A stretch of DNA of 64,000 bases from an uncultured Chlamydiae bacterium. Lineage in GTDB: Bacteria; Chlamydiota; Chlamydiia; Chlamydiales; SM23-39. The stretch is taken from NCBI GenBank assembly GCA_963828125.1, contig CAWHDP010000002.1, positions 1,847,165-1,911,164 of the forward strand, given 5' to 3'. How positions within the stretch are numbered: the first letter of the stretch is position 1; the number at the start of each line of letters is the position of its first letter. The translations under genes were made by a program, and so were the position numbers. This document shows positions 48,906 to 58,968 of this stretch, piece by piece. The notes under the pieces are model-generated. The model saw only the letters and a list, made by a program, of their open reading frames with translations. It was not told the origin of the DNA and did no database searches.

Positions 48906-51900
48906 ATGGTACTTAGGCTCTTGCTTCTTATTTTTGGCAGTTTTCTCTATTCCTATGAGTCGGATGATTCATCTCTGATTTCGGCTGAAAATGAGCCTTC
49001 GGCATTGGTTGCAGGCACAGTCAACGCAATTACGGGAAAATGGTCGGTTGGCGAGACAGATCTTGTGATTCAAGGTTTTGAGCCGATTCTGATTCGTCGG
49101 GTTCTTGTGGAAGGAAAGTGGGCTGTTTTTCCGTCCCTCAAAGTGGTTGCAACCACTTCTCATAATCAAGGTCATTCGTATTCGATTCTGGAAAGTTCAG
49201 GGGCTAGAGTTCGTTATAAATTTACAAACCAGAAGATGCATATTGAAAATGAGCGTTACCGCAAATATACTCCTGCAGACCTTGAATACGGGTACACGAA
49301 TACCTCAAGAGGTACAATCTCGAGCTCTACCAATTTGCAAAATAATGTTCTTTTTGTCGGCCCCAAGGAGAAGCGGTTTATTTTATACTGTGCGGACGGA
49401 ACGGTTCGCACTTATCTTCAAATCGATCATGTTGAAGACCAGTATCGACTCCTTTCTGAGCATCTCCCGAACGGCAACTGGGTTCTGTACGAGTACTTAG
49501 ATCGAAAGAAAAAAATACGTCTGAGTTCAATCCGAACGACAAATCCATCCCAAAATCAGGTCTACGCTCGCGCAGATTTCATCTACGCAGATCACAAGTG
49601 GAGTAATAAAAACTTTAAAATTGTTGGAAGTGATGGTCAAACAGTTGAATACAATTACAATAAGGAAGGTATTCTGATATCAGTTAGATCTTCAGGCAGG
49701 TCCGATCAAACTTTCGGATATATTTTGCAAGACAACCTCACGCATCTGAACCGGATATCGTTGCCCTTGAGTCGAAATTTTCAGGCTGATTATTACACGC
49801 CGAAGACCAAATCGGTGAATGGACAAAAAATTGTGATGGAAAATTCTAGCTATGAAGCCACCTTCAATGGACAAGTCTATGATCAATTTGTACCAGATCC
49901 TCGGTGTGGACGCGCCATGACCCTTTCCGCTCCTGTAGGCTCTGATGCCAGTCTTCATGTGACTCATGCCTTTTTTTACGATTTACAAAATCGGAAGACC
50001 TCTGTTTTTGATATTGAAAACCAACGAGTAGATTACATTTGGGATGCTAGTTTTCGATTAAGACAAATCGCCAGATATGGCACTGATGGAAAACTGCAAA
50101 AAATCGAACAATTTTCATGGACTCAGTTCGGAAACCTTGTTTGCAAAAGTTTGCTTGACGGCAATGGAAAGCCCCTTTGGGCTAAGACATACTCCTACAA
50201 TTCCCGAGGCGATATTGTTGAGGAGCGGTTCTTTGGCAATCTTTCAGGAATGGGCGCCCAGCTGGTTCTGAATACAGACAATCTTCCCTTAGAAAATGGG
50301 GTAGAAAGTTACGTTCAGAGATTTACCTACATAATCGGCGATTTTTCTCTTTTGCAATCGATGGACGATGGCGAAAAAAGGATTGAAAACACCTATTTGC
50401 CCCAAACGAATTTAATCGCTTCACAGACGACGTACCATAAAGGAGAAATCAAGGAGAGAAAATTTTGGGAATACGATGCCAATCATCTTCTGATCAAAGA
50501 GGTCACGGACACAAAAACAGCTCATTTGATTCGGCAAATCACGCCAAAGCCAGACGGTCCCTATTTCGGCTTGCCATGGATGATTGAAGAAAAGTATTTG
50601 GAGGAGGGCCAAGAACATTTAGAGAGTAAAGTGGTTCTGCAATATACGATAGGCGCTCAAGTCGCCCAAAAAGATGTTTACGATTCCGCAAATCAGTTTT
50701 GCTATAGCCTCAAATATGTCTACAATCAGAAAGGGCAATTGATCGACCAAACAGATGCGGCTGGACGACATGAACAATTTTCTTACGATGAATGTGGAAA
50801 TCAGGTCTCTCACCAACATGCATCTGAGCGCAAGAAGGCCACTTTTAACTATGATTTTTCCAATCGTCTGATCTCATCTTCACAACGAGGGGATGATGGA
50901 ATCATTCTCAATGAGAAATATGTCTATGATAAAAAACACCGATTGATCTCCGAAACAAAGCCTTTAGGGCATGTGGCGAAGTTCGGCTACGATCCGTTCG
51001 GTAATCTACGTCAAAAAGAATTCCCTTCAATTGGGATTTTTCTTTTTATTTATGACAGTTTTGGGAGGATTTCTTCGAAGATTAATCCTGATAAATCGGA
51101 AACAAAAACAGCCTATAATGCATATAATAAACCCATTCGCATTGAATACCCAGATGGAGGAGTTGAAGAGTTCGTCTATTATTCCAATGGATCGCTTAAA
51201 ACTTCCATTAATTCGGAAGGTGTTGAAACTTCTTATGTATATGACCATCAAGAAAATGTTGTTTCCAAAACCCTGTCTGCTAATGGGCAGAGACTCTCCG
51301 AAGAATTTTACCGGTATGATGGCCCATATCTCACGGACAAAGTAGATGCTGAAGGAAAGCGGACTACTTATACTTACGATCTCTCTGGGAAGCTTCTTGC
51401 TGCGCGGATGGGTGGTGAAACAATTGAATTTGGTTATGATTCCTTAGGACGCCAAGTTCTCGAAAAAGTCGGGTCGCTGTCCACAAAGAAAAAATATGAT
51501 ATACTCAATCGCATTATTGAAGAAAGCAAAGAAGGTGGAGGAGAAATTTTACATCGTATTCAATATGAGTATGATTCAGCTGACAACCGCATAGCTGTTA
51601 CCCGATTTATTCAGGGGGAAGAGAGTAAGGAAAGCTCGATTTATGATTCTCTTGGGCGTTGCATCCAAACGACAAACCCCCTTGGGGCGAATACTCACAT
51701 AATTTACGCCGTAACACCGCTCTTAAAGGAAGCCATTATTGATCCTCTTCGACTCAAAACGATCAAAAGCTATAATGCTCTACAGAAAGTCGCATCGGTT
51801 GAAATCGTCAATGGGGAAGGAACCATTTTGTCAAAACAGTCGTTCACGTACGATTTTCGTGGGAATCTCCTAGAGCATGCCTTTCATATTCCTCGCCCCT

Positions 51901-54089
51901 TTTCTAACCGCTACTCCTATGATTCTATGGGACGGCTTACCCAAAAAATAGAGGCTGCCGATCGGCCCTATACCAAAACGACGAAATATACCCATGACAA
52001 GTTAGGGCGCCTCGTTCAAACGGTCAAGCCAAATGGGATATCTCTCAATTACTCCTACAATCGGCTAGGTCATCTCGCCTCCATGAGTTCATCCGATCAA
52101 ACCATCAGGTATCTCTATTTTCACGATCGTTTAGGTAGGGAACTTACGTCCTGGGATCTGAATCTCGATCAAAAAACGGAAAAAAGATATGACTCCCACG
52201 GCCGGGTTCTGCAAGAAACTCTTGGAAGCGGCCATACCATTCAAAATGAATATAATGCTTTTGGTGATCGCGTTCAATTGACTCTTCCAGACCTGTCTTT
52301 TGTCCGGTATGATTATGATCCGCTTTATGTGCGCAGAATAACCCGCTATAGCCCAAATAAATCAGCGCAATATAGCCATAGCTTTGATTCATATGATCAA
52401 AGCGGCAATATCATTCGGGAAACTCTTATCCAAGATCTGGGGATAGTTACACATAAGTACAATCAGCTACAGCAGCGAGATGGGTGTAACTCAATCTATT
52501 TTTCCCAGGAAGTGATGGAGCGAGATCCATTGGGGAATATCTTAAAATACGACCTCAATGGCAATACTTGCGCCTTTGTCTACGATGATCTGTATCAACT
52601 CACCTCAGAACAGGCTTTCACTTATACGGCTGACGCTGACTATTGCCGCCTGAAAAAAAATGGAGAGGAATATGAGCATAATGATCTCATGCAACTGATC
52701 TCGCATCTGGAGCATGATCAAAATGGCAATCCTATTCAACACAATGACTCTTGTTTTTCATATGATGCATTGGATCGGTTGATTCAAGTGCAAACCCCCT
52801 CTCAACGGATTGCATTCACCTATGATTCGGATCATCGGCGCCTTTCAAAAACTGTGATCCACGATGGTGGGGTCTCACGGAATTTCTATCTTTATGATGG
52901 CCGGAAAGAAATCGGGATCCTTGATGCCTTTGGGAACACACTTGAGCTTCGCATTTTAAACCCGGCAGCCTCATCAGAGATTGGTTCTTCCATAGCTATT
53001 GAAATGCAAGGCAAGATTTATGCGCCTATTCACGATCTCATGGGAAATCTCGGTTACCTTGTTTCAGTGGATTCTAAGGATTCGAGATCTTTCGAATATA
53101 ATGCATTTGGCGAAGAAAGCCCGGCCAACGATCCTTCTATCCCCTGGCGGTTTGCCTCTAAGCGGATAGATCGAGAGACAGGTCTTGTCTATTTCGGCCA
53201 AAGATATTACTGCCCTTCTCTAGGTCGTTGGCTGACCCCAGATCCCGTTGAATCAACGGCCAATCTGTATTCGTTTGTGAACAACAATCCATTTCGCTAC
53301 GTCGATTTTTTTGGCTTATATTCTTCAGATCGAGCCTCTGATGTCCATTTTTTTGATCCAAGTAGTATTTTTGAGTCGAATACTTTTTCTGTGGGCACCA
53401 TAGGAGATTCAAATTTAGGAAATATTCATTATCATTGCGGGATCAATAACTCAGAGGAGGAAGTGAAGCAGGCCCAAATGGCTTTGTACAACATCTTGGG
53501 AGGAGAAAGGGCTGTTACAGCCCACTGGATACATGATCATAAAATCACTCGCGGTCTCGGCTTAGTTGGTTCAGAAAAAATCGCGAAGAATCAATATTAC
53601 ACTGTATGCCCGGGATTGACTCTTTTGGGCAGATTTTATCTGGGTCGTTCCTATATGCAAGATGTCATTGAGTATGAAACGCGGTTGCTTTCCCGCCAAG
53701 CAGAGGATATCCTAAAAGAAAACAACCCGCTTTTGAAGCAGGTACATGTCCTTTTCAGCAACGCCAGCTACCCGTTTAGAGAGGCGTTGCAAAGGATATC
53801 TCCAGAAGCTCGCGAGACCGTTATCGCTATCTCTGCAGGACCTACGACGATGATCGAAAACCACTTGGCTCATAAAGCATATAATATAATTGGGGAAAAA
53901 GATTGGCCGTCAAGAATCTGCAATGGGTTGGTTAAGTCATTTATAGAGAGGGAAAATGCCATTGTACAATTTATAGAGCAACATGAGACCAAACTAGGCG
54001 TGTTTGGTCATTATTTCGAGCAACCCCAGTATCAAGAATACATGAGGACCATCCTAAATGATAATAGGGAAATTTATGAAATACATTAG
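48906..54089 (+). CDS. RHS/YD-repeat protein with signal peptide and C-terminal extension (polymorphic toxin)
   Basis: VNAITG, many YD-type repeats, RHS core end PWRFASKRIDRETGLVYFGQRYYCPSLGRWLTPDP...NNPFRYVDFFGL, then a 256-aa tip. Confidence 0.93.
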   Translation: MVLRLLLLIFGSFLYSYESDDSSLISAENEPSALVAGTVNAITGKWSVGETDLVIQGFEPILIRRVLVEGKWAVFPSLKVVATTSHNQGHSYSILESSGARVRYKFTNQKMHIENERYRKYTPADLEYGYTNTSRGTISSSTNLQNNVLFVGPKEKRFILYCADGTVRTYLQIDHVEDQYRLLSEHLPNGNWVLYEYLDRKKKIRLSSIRTTNPSQNQVYARADFIYADHKWSNKNFKIVGSDGQTVEYNYNKEGILISVRSSGRSDQTFGYILQDNLTHLNRISLPLSRNFQADYYTPKTKSVNGQKIVMENSSYEATFNGQVYDQFVPDPRCGRAMTLSAPVGSDASLHVTHAFFYDLQNRKTSVFDIENQRVDYIWDASFRLRQIARYGTDGKLQKIEQFSWTQFGNLVCKSLLDGNGKPLWAKTYSYNSRGDIVEERFFGNLSGMGAQLVLNTDNLPLENGVESYVQRFTYIIGDFSLLQSMDDGEKRIENTYLPQTNLIASQTTYHKGEIKERKFWEYDANHLLIKEVTDTKTAHLIRQITPKPDGPYFGLPWMIEEKYLEEGQEHLESKVVLQYTIGAQVAQKDVYDSANQFCYSLKYVYNQKGQLIDQTDAAGRHEQFSYDECGNQVSHQHASERKKATFNYDFSNRLISSSQRGDDGIILNEKYVYDKKHRLISETKPLGHVAKFGYDPFGNLRQKEFPSIGIFLFIYDSFGRISSKINPDKSETKTAYNAYNKPIRIEYPDGGVEEFVYYSNGSLKTSINSEGVETSYVYDHQENVVSKTLSANGQRLSEEFYRYDGPYLTDKVDAEGKRTTYTYDLSGKLLAARMGGETIEFGYDSLGRQVLEKVGSLSTKKKYDILNRIIEESKEGGGEILHRIQYEYDSADNRIAVTRFIQGEESKESSIYDSLGRCIQTTNPLGANTHIIYAVTPLLKEAIIDPLRLKTIKSYNALQKVASVEIVNGEGTILSKQSFTYDFRGNLLEHAFHIPRPFSNRYSYDSMGRLTQKIEAADRPYTKTTKYTHDKLGRLVQTVKPNGISLNYSYNRLGHLASMSSSDQTIRYLYFHDRLGRELTSWDLNLDQKTEKRYDSHGRVLQETLGSGHTIQNEYNAFGDRVQLTLPDLSFVRYDYDPLYVRRITRYSPNKSAQYSHSFDSYDQSGNIIRETLIQDLGIVTHKYNQLQQRDGCNSIYFSQEVMERDPLGNILKYDLNGNTCAFVYDDLYQLTSEQAFTYTADADYCRLKKNGEEYEHNDLMQLISHLEHDQNGNPIQHNDSCFSYDALDRLIQVQTPSQRIAFTYDSDHRRLSKTVIHDGGVSRNFYLYDGRKEIGILDAFGNTLELRILNPAASSEIGSSIAIEMQGKIYAPIHDLMGNLGYLVSVDSKDSRSFEYNAFGEESPANDPSIPWRFASKRIDRETGLVYFGQRYYCPSLGRWLTPDPVESTANLYSFVNNNPFRYVDFFGLYSSDRASDVHFFDPSSIFESNTFSVGTIGDSNLGNIHYHCGINNSEEEVKQAQMALYNILGGERAVTAHWIHDHKITRGLGLVGSEKIAKNQYYTVCPGLTLLGRFYLGRSYMQDVIEYETRLLSRQAEDILKENNPLLKQVHVLFSNASYPFREALQRISPEARETVIAISAGPTTMIENHLAHKAYNIIGEKDWPSRICNGLVKSFIERENAIVQFIEQHETKLGVFGHYFEQPQYQEYMRTILNDNREIYEIH

Positions 54090-54660
54090 GTTTATGATTT
54101 TTTGTTTGCTCAGTTTGTCTGCATCTTGCAGGTATGACATTTTAAATAATCCAGAACATAAACTAATAAAAAATTTTTCTAGCCGTGCAAGAAAAGAGGC
54201 GGGGTTAATTTCTTGGAGTTATGGAATCAATCAATCTTTGTTAAGGGACTATCCGTCAAACGCTCTCGTAGGGGATTTTAAGGTTATATATGCCTTACGT
54301 AAAACTCAGGAAAACGTTGTATCTGTAGATGAAGCTAGATGTCTGATTATTTCTGTTGTCGAAAGTTTTCTCAGAGACATAAATACGAACCAAAAAATTA
54401 GAAAAAAACTTGCTGCATTTCCGTTTCCTAGTAATAGAATGTCCATTTACATAGTCTTTGTTGATGAAAATGATATTGGGCTTGGCAACGGAGGGGTTCA
54501 AAAAGTGTATGTAGATAACGATAAAATTAGATATGTAAGATATGAAATATACGAATATATCAAACCAGTGCCTTTTGGAAAACATTTTGTGTTTCACGAA
54601 GAAGTCTATTCAAAAGCTTTCGATATTGTGAAAGAACAGGGACGTCTGAGGGAATTGTAG
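54076..54660 (+). CDS. Putative RHS immunity protein (signal peptide, possible lipoprotein)
   Basis: Overlaps the RHS stop, visibly AT-rich, N-terminus MKYIRFMIFCLLSLSASC. Confidence 0.7.
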   Translation: MKYIRFMIFCLLSLSASCRYDILNNPEHKLIKNFSSRARKEAGLISWSYGINQSLLRDYPSNALVGDFKVIYALRKTQENVVSVDEARCLIISVVESFLRDINTNQKIRKKLAAFPFPSNRMSIYIVFVDENDIGLGNGGVQKVYVDNDKIRYVRYEIYEYIKPVPFGKHFVFHEEVYSKAFDIVKEQGRLREL

Positions 54661-54833
54661 GTGAGGTTTTTGGTCTGTGACGGCGGCAGGATGGCGGGGA
54701 AGCCCAGCGCCCCAAAAAACAGAGAGAAAATGATCGAATCTCATATTGGATGAGAGGGGGAGTCCGAGTGATCGGCTCCTCTACTCCATGACCGACCACA
54801 TAAAATTTTTCAAGAAATTGCCTTTCCTTTAGA

Positions 54834-57800
54834 ATGCCATGTGTGAACCGGATTTTTTTTTGCATTGTTTTCTTTTTTCTCGCATGCGCTCTTTTCAACA
54901 CTCAAATTTTAGGCGCCGCGGCGCGGATCATCATGAGAAAAAAAACGGGTTGCGAAATGGCCTACCGCTCTTTGTATTGGAAAAGAGGGGAACTTATATT
55001 CTCCGATGTAACTTTTTCCGGCTCTTTTTTTTATTCCCACATGGAAAAGGTCTCATTTCGCCCCGATTGGAGATCTTTTCCGCGCAAAATAAAGGGTCAC
55101 CTCACTCTCAATTCCCCTTATCTCTCTATCACAGAGCGGATCATCTCTCCGCGTATGGATTCTAGCTGGTTCGATCTTTCCCTCTCAGTGAAGGATGGGA
55201 TCCTCGATTGGGATGGGCCGGTTCGTTTTTCTGCCGAACACACCTCTTCCCGCAGCGATCTGTCTTTAGATTGGGGCGATGCGAGCGCCCTTATGATTTA
55301 CCAAAATGGAGAGCTGCAGGGCGATCTCAAAAATTTCCGGCTCTCTCTTCTACAGCCGTGGCTCCCGTTCGGGGAGATTGTCGAGGGCAGAGCGACAGGC
55401 CAGATGGCGATCGACGATGAGGGATGCCCGCTGAAGGCCAATCTCTCAGTTGAACAACTGAAGGCCGCGTGGCCTGGCGGGAGCGTCGATCGCTTAGCCG
55501 GTAGTCTCAGTTTCAATGCCCAACTGGGAGCCAAATGGAAGCTGGACGGTCTGGGTCAATCTCAGGGCAAAGAGTTCCCCTTCACTTCTGTCGGCAGGGC
55601 CTTTTTTAAAAAACGGTGGATCGAATCGAACATCGAGTTTGGGGATTCATGGTGCAAAATGGGGCGAGATGAGGGGTGGAATGTTGAATGTTGGCAGCTC
55701 AAAGCGGAGCAGGTCTCCTGGCTCCAAGGGGGGCTCGCCCTTTTTTGCGATGAGTTTGGCAAGGGCTCTATCTTGAATGGATCGGTCAGTGGGAAAGCGT
55801 CGTTCGCCCATTCTTCATGGAATGCCCAGTTTGAAGGGCAAAATGTGACCGTGCAGATAGGGGAGGCGCTATTCGCTTGCACGAAAGCGAAGGGCGATTT
55901 GACGGAGGAGGGGGGGAGTTTCGTCCTCTTCAGCCCTGCGGCCGATCTGAAATTCGCAGGTACATGGGAGGATTGGAATGGGGAGGTTCGTCTCGGCCCC
56001 ATCGATCTTGTTCTGCACGGCGGTTGGGATGGACAAAAGGTCCCGATCCAGATCGGCAAAGGGACTCTTGCGGCTCTAGAATTTTGGGGCTCTGGATGGA
56101 TCGATCCAGCTTTCGATCTTTTTTTTACACTCCATGGAGAGTGGAGCCTTTTCGAAAAAAAAATTCCGATCCATTGTCCTGAGCTGAGTAGGCAGGGGGG
56201 GGGGTGGACGTTTGATTTTCGGGCCCCCCGAAAAATGTGGGATCTCTTCCGGCTAGGGGGAACCGTCTCCCAAAACGAAATCGCTTATCACCCCAAAAAT
56301 CACCTCCTCGGCGTACCCCTTGTTTTCCATCCAGCCCCTTTGGGAGAATTGGACGTTTCATTAGAACTTCCTTGGTCTGCGCTTCTCTCGGCTGGACCTT
56401 TTTTGAAAGAGTGGGGTCTCGATCTAAAAAAAATCCCCCCCGTTGAAAAGACGTTTCTCCATTTTCAGTGGAGGGGAGGGGAAGCCGATCTAACAGCCCA
56501 TTCAGATTCTCTCCCCTTTTCTTTGCACGTTGCTCAAAAAGGGGATGCGTGGAAGATCGATCTCGATTCTGATATCGCGTTGCAAGCTGTGGTCAAAAAA
56601 GATGGGAGCGCTAAAGGAAAGGGGCGTTGGAAATCGGAGGTCGAGGTCGAATTCGATGGTCAGATCACTCCCGCTTTTCATTGCGAATTTTCCCTCCCCA
56701 GAGTGTCGGCCGATTTGAAAATCAGCCAACCGCTCTGCATGGAGGGAACCATCGAGGGGCAGGGTCACTTTATCTACAACGGCGAGATCGAATCCGATTT
56801 CGATTTTACCCCCTCTTCTCTAGCCATCCAATCAGAGCCGCTCGAAAATCAAGGATCCATTCACCTCTCTTACTCTTCTCTCCGCGGCGCCCTCTTTACC
56901 GGAGTGAACCTCCATGGGCTGTTCGATTGCATTGTCGATCTACTGGAATATGACATTCAAAGATCCCACTGGATTTTCCACAAAGCGCAAGTACACCTCC
57001 CATGTTCTTTGTTGACGAGCCCCTTCCTCCGATTCCTAGATAAAGAAAAAGAGCTCAATTTCACCGCCGATCTCGATGTTGCCTCCGACTTTTCGACGTT
57101 TGTCTGCACCCTCAGGGAAGGGTGGATCCCCTGCCAGGGGGCCTCTTTGCCCATTGACGATCTGGCCCTTTCGTGGAGCCACGGAAAATGCGCTGCGGCC
57201 CTCCATTACAAGGGTCATCTCCATCAGCTCCAAATGCAGCTGGATGATCGAATGACCGGTCGACTGACTGTGGGCGAGGAGGAGACGCCCCTTTGCATTG
57301 ATTGGGAATACCGCGATGCATTTCTCATCCAGTCGATCGAGGGTTCATTCGGCGGCGTCGAGGCTTCTTTCCATGCCGAAAGCCCCAATCAGCTCGTCGG
57401 TAGCGCCCGTGTCGATTTTACCGCCCTGTCGCCTCTGCTGCCCCTTGATGTGGCTCAAGTGTTCACAGAGATCAAAATGGGAAAAGGATACGAATTGAAA
57501 GGGCAGCTGAATATCCAAAATAATCGACCTTCTTTCCGCGGTCTTTTAAGCGGTAAAGCTGTCGAGCTCTTTGGCTTTCAATTCCGAACATTGCTGGCTC
57601 AAGTCGATCTCCATCCCGAATCGATTCAGATTTTTGACGTCAAAATCAGCGATAGCGCCGGCATCATGAAAATCGATCAGATTCTCCTTGAAGGAAAAGA
57701 AGATAAACCATGGACAATCGAGATTCCGCACTTAACGATTCTCGAAATGCGCCCCAGTCTCATGCAAAGGCCTGGCGGTTTGGTCGGCCCAATTAGCCCT

Positions 57801-58250
57801 TTGGTCGTCCGCGAACTGAACATCGAAGACTTTAAAGGGCTCCTCGATGATGGAAAAACGTATACAGCCAAAGGCGATCTCCACTTCATCAACTCTTACA
57901 AGCGAGGAGAGACGGTCTTTGATCTCCCAGCCAACCTGCTGAGCCGGATTGTCGGCCTCGATCTGGAACTCCTCATTCCAGTCACTGGCGATCTGACCTT
58001 CAACATCAAAAACGGCTATTTCAATCTCCTCGAACTTACAAACGCCTACAGCGAAGGACGACGATCCCAGTTCTTCCTCGAAAATACCCCCCCGCCCCGC
58101 ATGGATCTCGACGGCAATCTCGAAATCTTCATCAAAATGAAGCAGTTCGTCCTCCTTAAAATCACCGAATCGCTCCTCATCTCTATCGACGGCATCCTCG
58201 ATGATCCACAAATCCATCTCAAGAAAAAGCGGTTTTTTGGACTTATGTGA
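54834..58250 (+). CDS. Large beta-rich membrane-anchored protein (AsmA/TamB-like, inferred)
   Basis: N-terminal TM followed by more than 1000 aa of alternating beta-strand pattern; the C-terminus ISIDGILDDPQI resembles AsmA/TamB ends. Confidence 0.6.
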   Translation: MPCVNRIFFCIVFFFLACALFNTQILGAAARIIMRKKTGCEMAYRSLYWKRGELIFSDVTFSGSFFYSHMEKVSFRPDWRSFPRKIKGHLTLNSPYLSITERIISPRMDSSWFDLSLSVKDGILDWDGPVRFSAEHTSSRSDLSLDWGDASALMIYQNGELQGDLKNFRLSLLQPWLPFGEIVEGRATGQMAIDDEGCPLKANLSVEQLKAAWPGGSVDRLAGSLSFNAQLGAKWKLDGLGQSQGKEFPFTSVGRAFFKKRWIESNIEFGDSWCKMGRDEGWNVECWQLKAEQVSWLQGGLALFCDEFGKGSILNGSVSGKASFAHSSWNAQFEGQNVTVQIGEALFACTKAKGDLTEEGGSFVLFSPAADLKFAGTWEDWNGEVRLGPIDLVLHGGWDGQKVPIQIGKGTLAALEFWGSGWIDPAFDLFFTLHGEWSLFEKKIPIHCPELSRQGGGWTFDFRAPRKMWDLFRLGGTVSQNEIAYHPKNHLLGVPLVFHPAPLGELDVSLELPWSALLSAGPFLKEWGLDLKKIPPVEKTFLHFQWRGGEADLTAHSDSLPFSLHVAQKGDAWKIDLDSDIALQAVVKKDGSAKGKGRWKSEVEVEFDGQITPAFHCEFSLPRVSADLKISQPLCMEGTIEGQGHFIYNGEIESDFDFTPSSLAIQSEPLENQGSIHLSYSSLRGALFTGVNLHGLFDCIVDLLEYDIQRSHWIFHKAQVHLPCSLLTSPFLRFLDKEKELNFTADLDVASDFSTFVCTLREGWIPCQGASLPIDDLALSWSHGKCAAALHYKGHLHQLQMQLDDRMTGRLTVGEEETPLCIDWEYRDAFLIQSIEGSFGGVEASFHAESPNQLVGSARVDFTALSPLLPLDVAQVFTEIKMGKGYELKGQLNIQNNRPSFRGLLSGKAVELFGFQFRTLLAQVDLHPESIQIFDVKISDSAGIMKIDQILLEGKEDKPWTIEIPHLTILEMRPSLMQRPGGLVGPISPLVVRELNIEDFKGLLDDGKTYTAKGDLHFINSYKRGETVFDLPANLLSRIVGLDLELLIPVTGDLTFNIKNGYFNLLELTNAYSEGRRSQFFLENTPPPRMDLDGNLEIFIKMKQFVLLKITESLLISIDGILDDPQIHLKKKRFFGLM

Positions 58251-58311
58251 TTGATTGTTATGTTGTTATAAAAATTGAGCCGGATCTTCCGAAAAATGCC
58301 AGGGAATGGAA

Positions 58312-58340
58312 TTGACGACTCCATAAATTTCGCCTACAAT
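58312..58340 (+). promoter_or_regulatory. Sigma66/70-type promoter
   Basis: TTGACG-N17-TACAAT; the predicted start site coincides with an ATG at 58347. Confidence 0.7.
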
Positions 58341-58407
58341 AGGCCCATGTACAACCGTCTACTGCGGGTCCCCAAGCGCTACAATTCCATTTTTTAAAAA
58401 GGTTTAT

Positions 58408-58968
58408 TTGAGCTTTCTCGCCGATCTCATCTTTCCGCCGCTTTGCCGTGCGTGCAAGGAGAGGCGTGTAACCAAGGTCTTGTGCCCCTCCTGCTGGTCC
58501 CTTTGCGCCCTACCCGATCCTATCGAACGGTGCCGCCATTGCTTTGAAGAGCTCGACCGAAAGGGGGGGCTTTGCGCTCAATGTTTGAAAAGAGAGATCC
58601 TTCCGGCAGTGCGCGCCTTTGTTTTCGATCCAGAATCGCCCGCCCGATTTTTGGGTTTTGACGCGCCTGTTGCGCTTGCCAGTTTTGCGCTTCTCCAATG
58701 GATTCAACTCGAATGGCCGACGCCCGATGCGGTCATTCCCATGCCAGATGCTCATTCTCTTTGTATCGGCAAAGAGTTTGCGGAGCTGCTCGATTTCCCT
58801 TTTGTCAGAGCCTTGACGTTTGATTGCCGATATAAAGAAGATCGGCTCGAAGAGGATCAAACCCTCCTCCTTTTCGATGTTTTACATCCGGTTGAACTGT
58901 TGCAAAAAGGGGCGCTCGCTCTATCGGAGTCTTTCCCAAAAAGAATTTATCTATTAAGCTTGTTCTGA
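58408..58968 (+). CDS. ComF-like double zinc-ribbon / degenerate phosphoribosyltransferase
   Basis: LIFPPLCRAC...CPSC...CRHC...CAQC, PDAVIPMP; the PRPP motif is degenerate. Confidence 0.8.
   Translation: MSFLADLIFPPLCRACKERRVTKVLCPSCWSLCALPDPIERCRHCFEELDRKGGLCAQCLKREILPAVRAFVFDPESPARFLGFDAPVALASFALLQWIQLEWPTPDAVIPMPDAHSLCIGKEFAELLDFPFVRALTFDCRYKEDRLEEDQTLLLFDVLHPVELLQKGALALSESFPKRIYLLSLF

Noticed and set aside
54755-54786. Hairpin after the immunity gene as an ncRNA
   Set aside because: Short imperfect stem without a U-tract or other support; at most a weak terminator.
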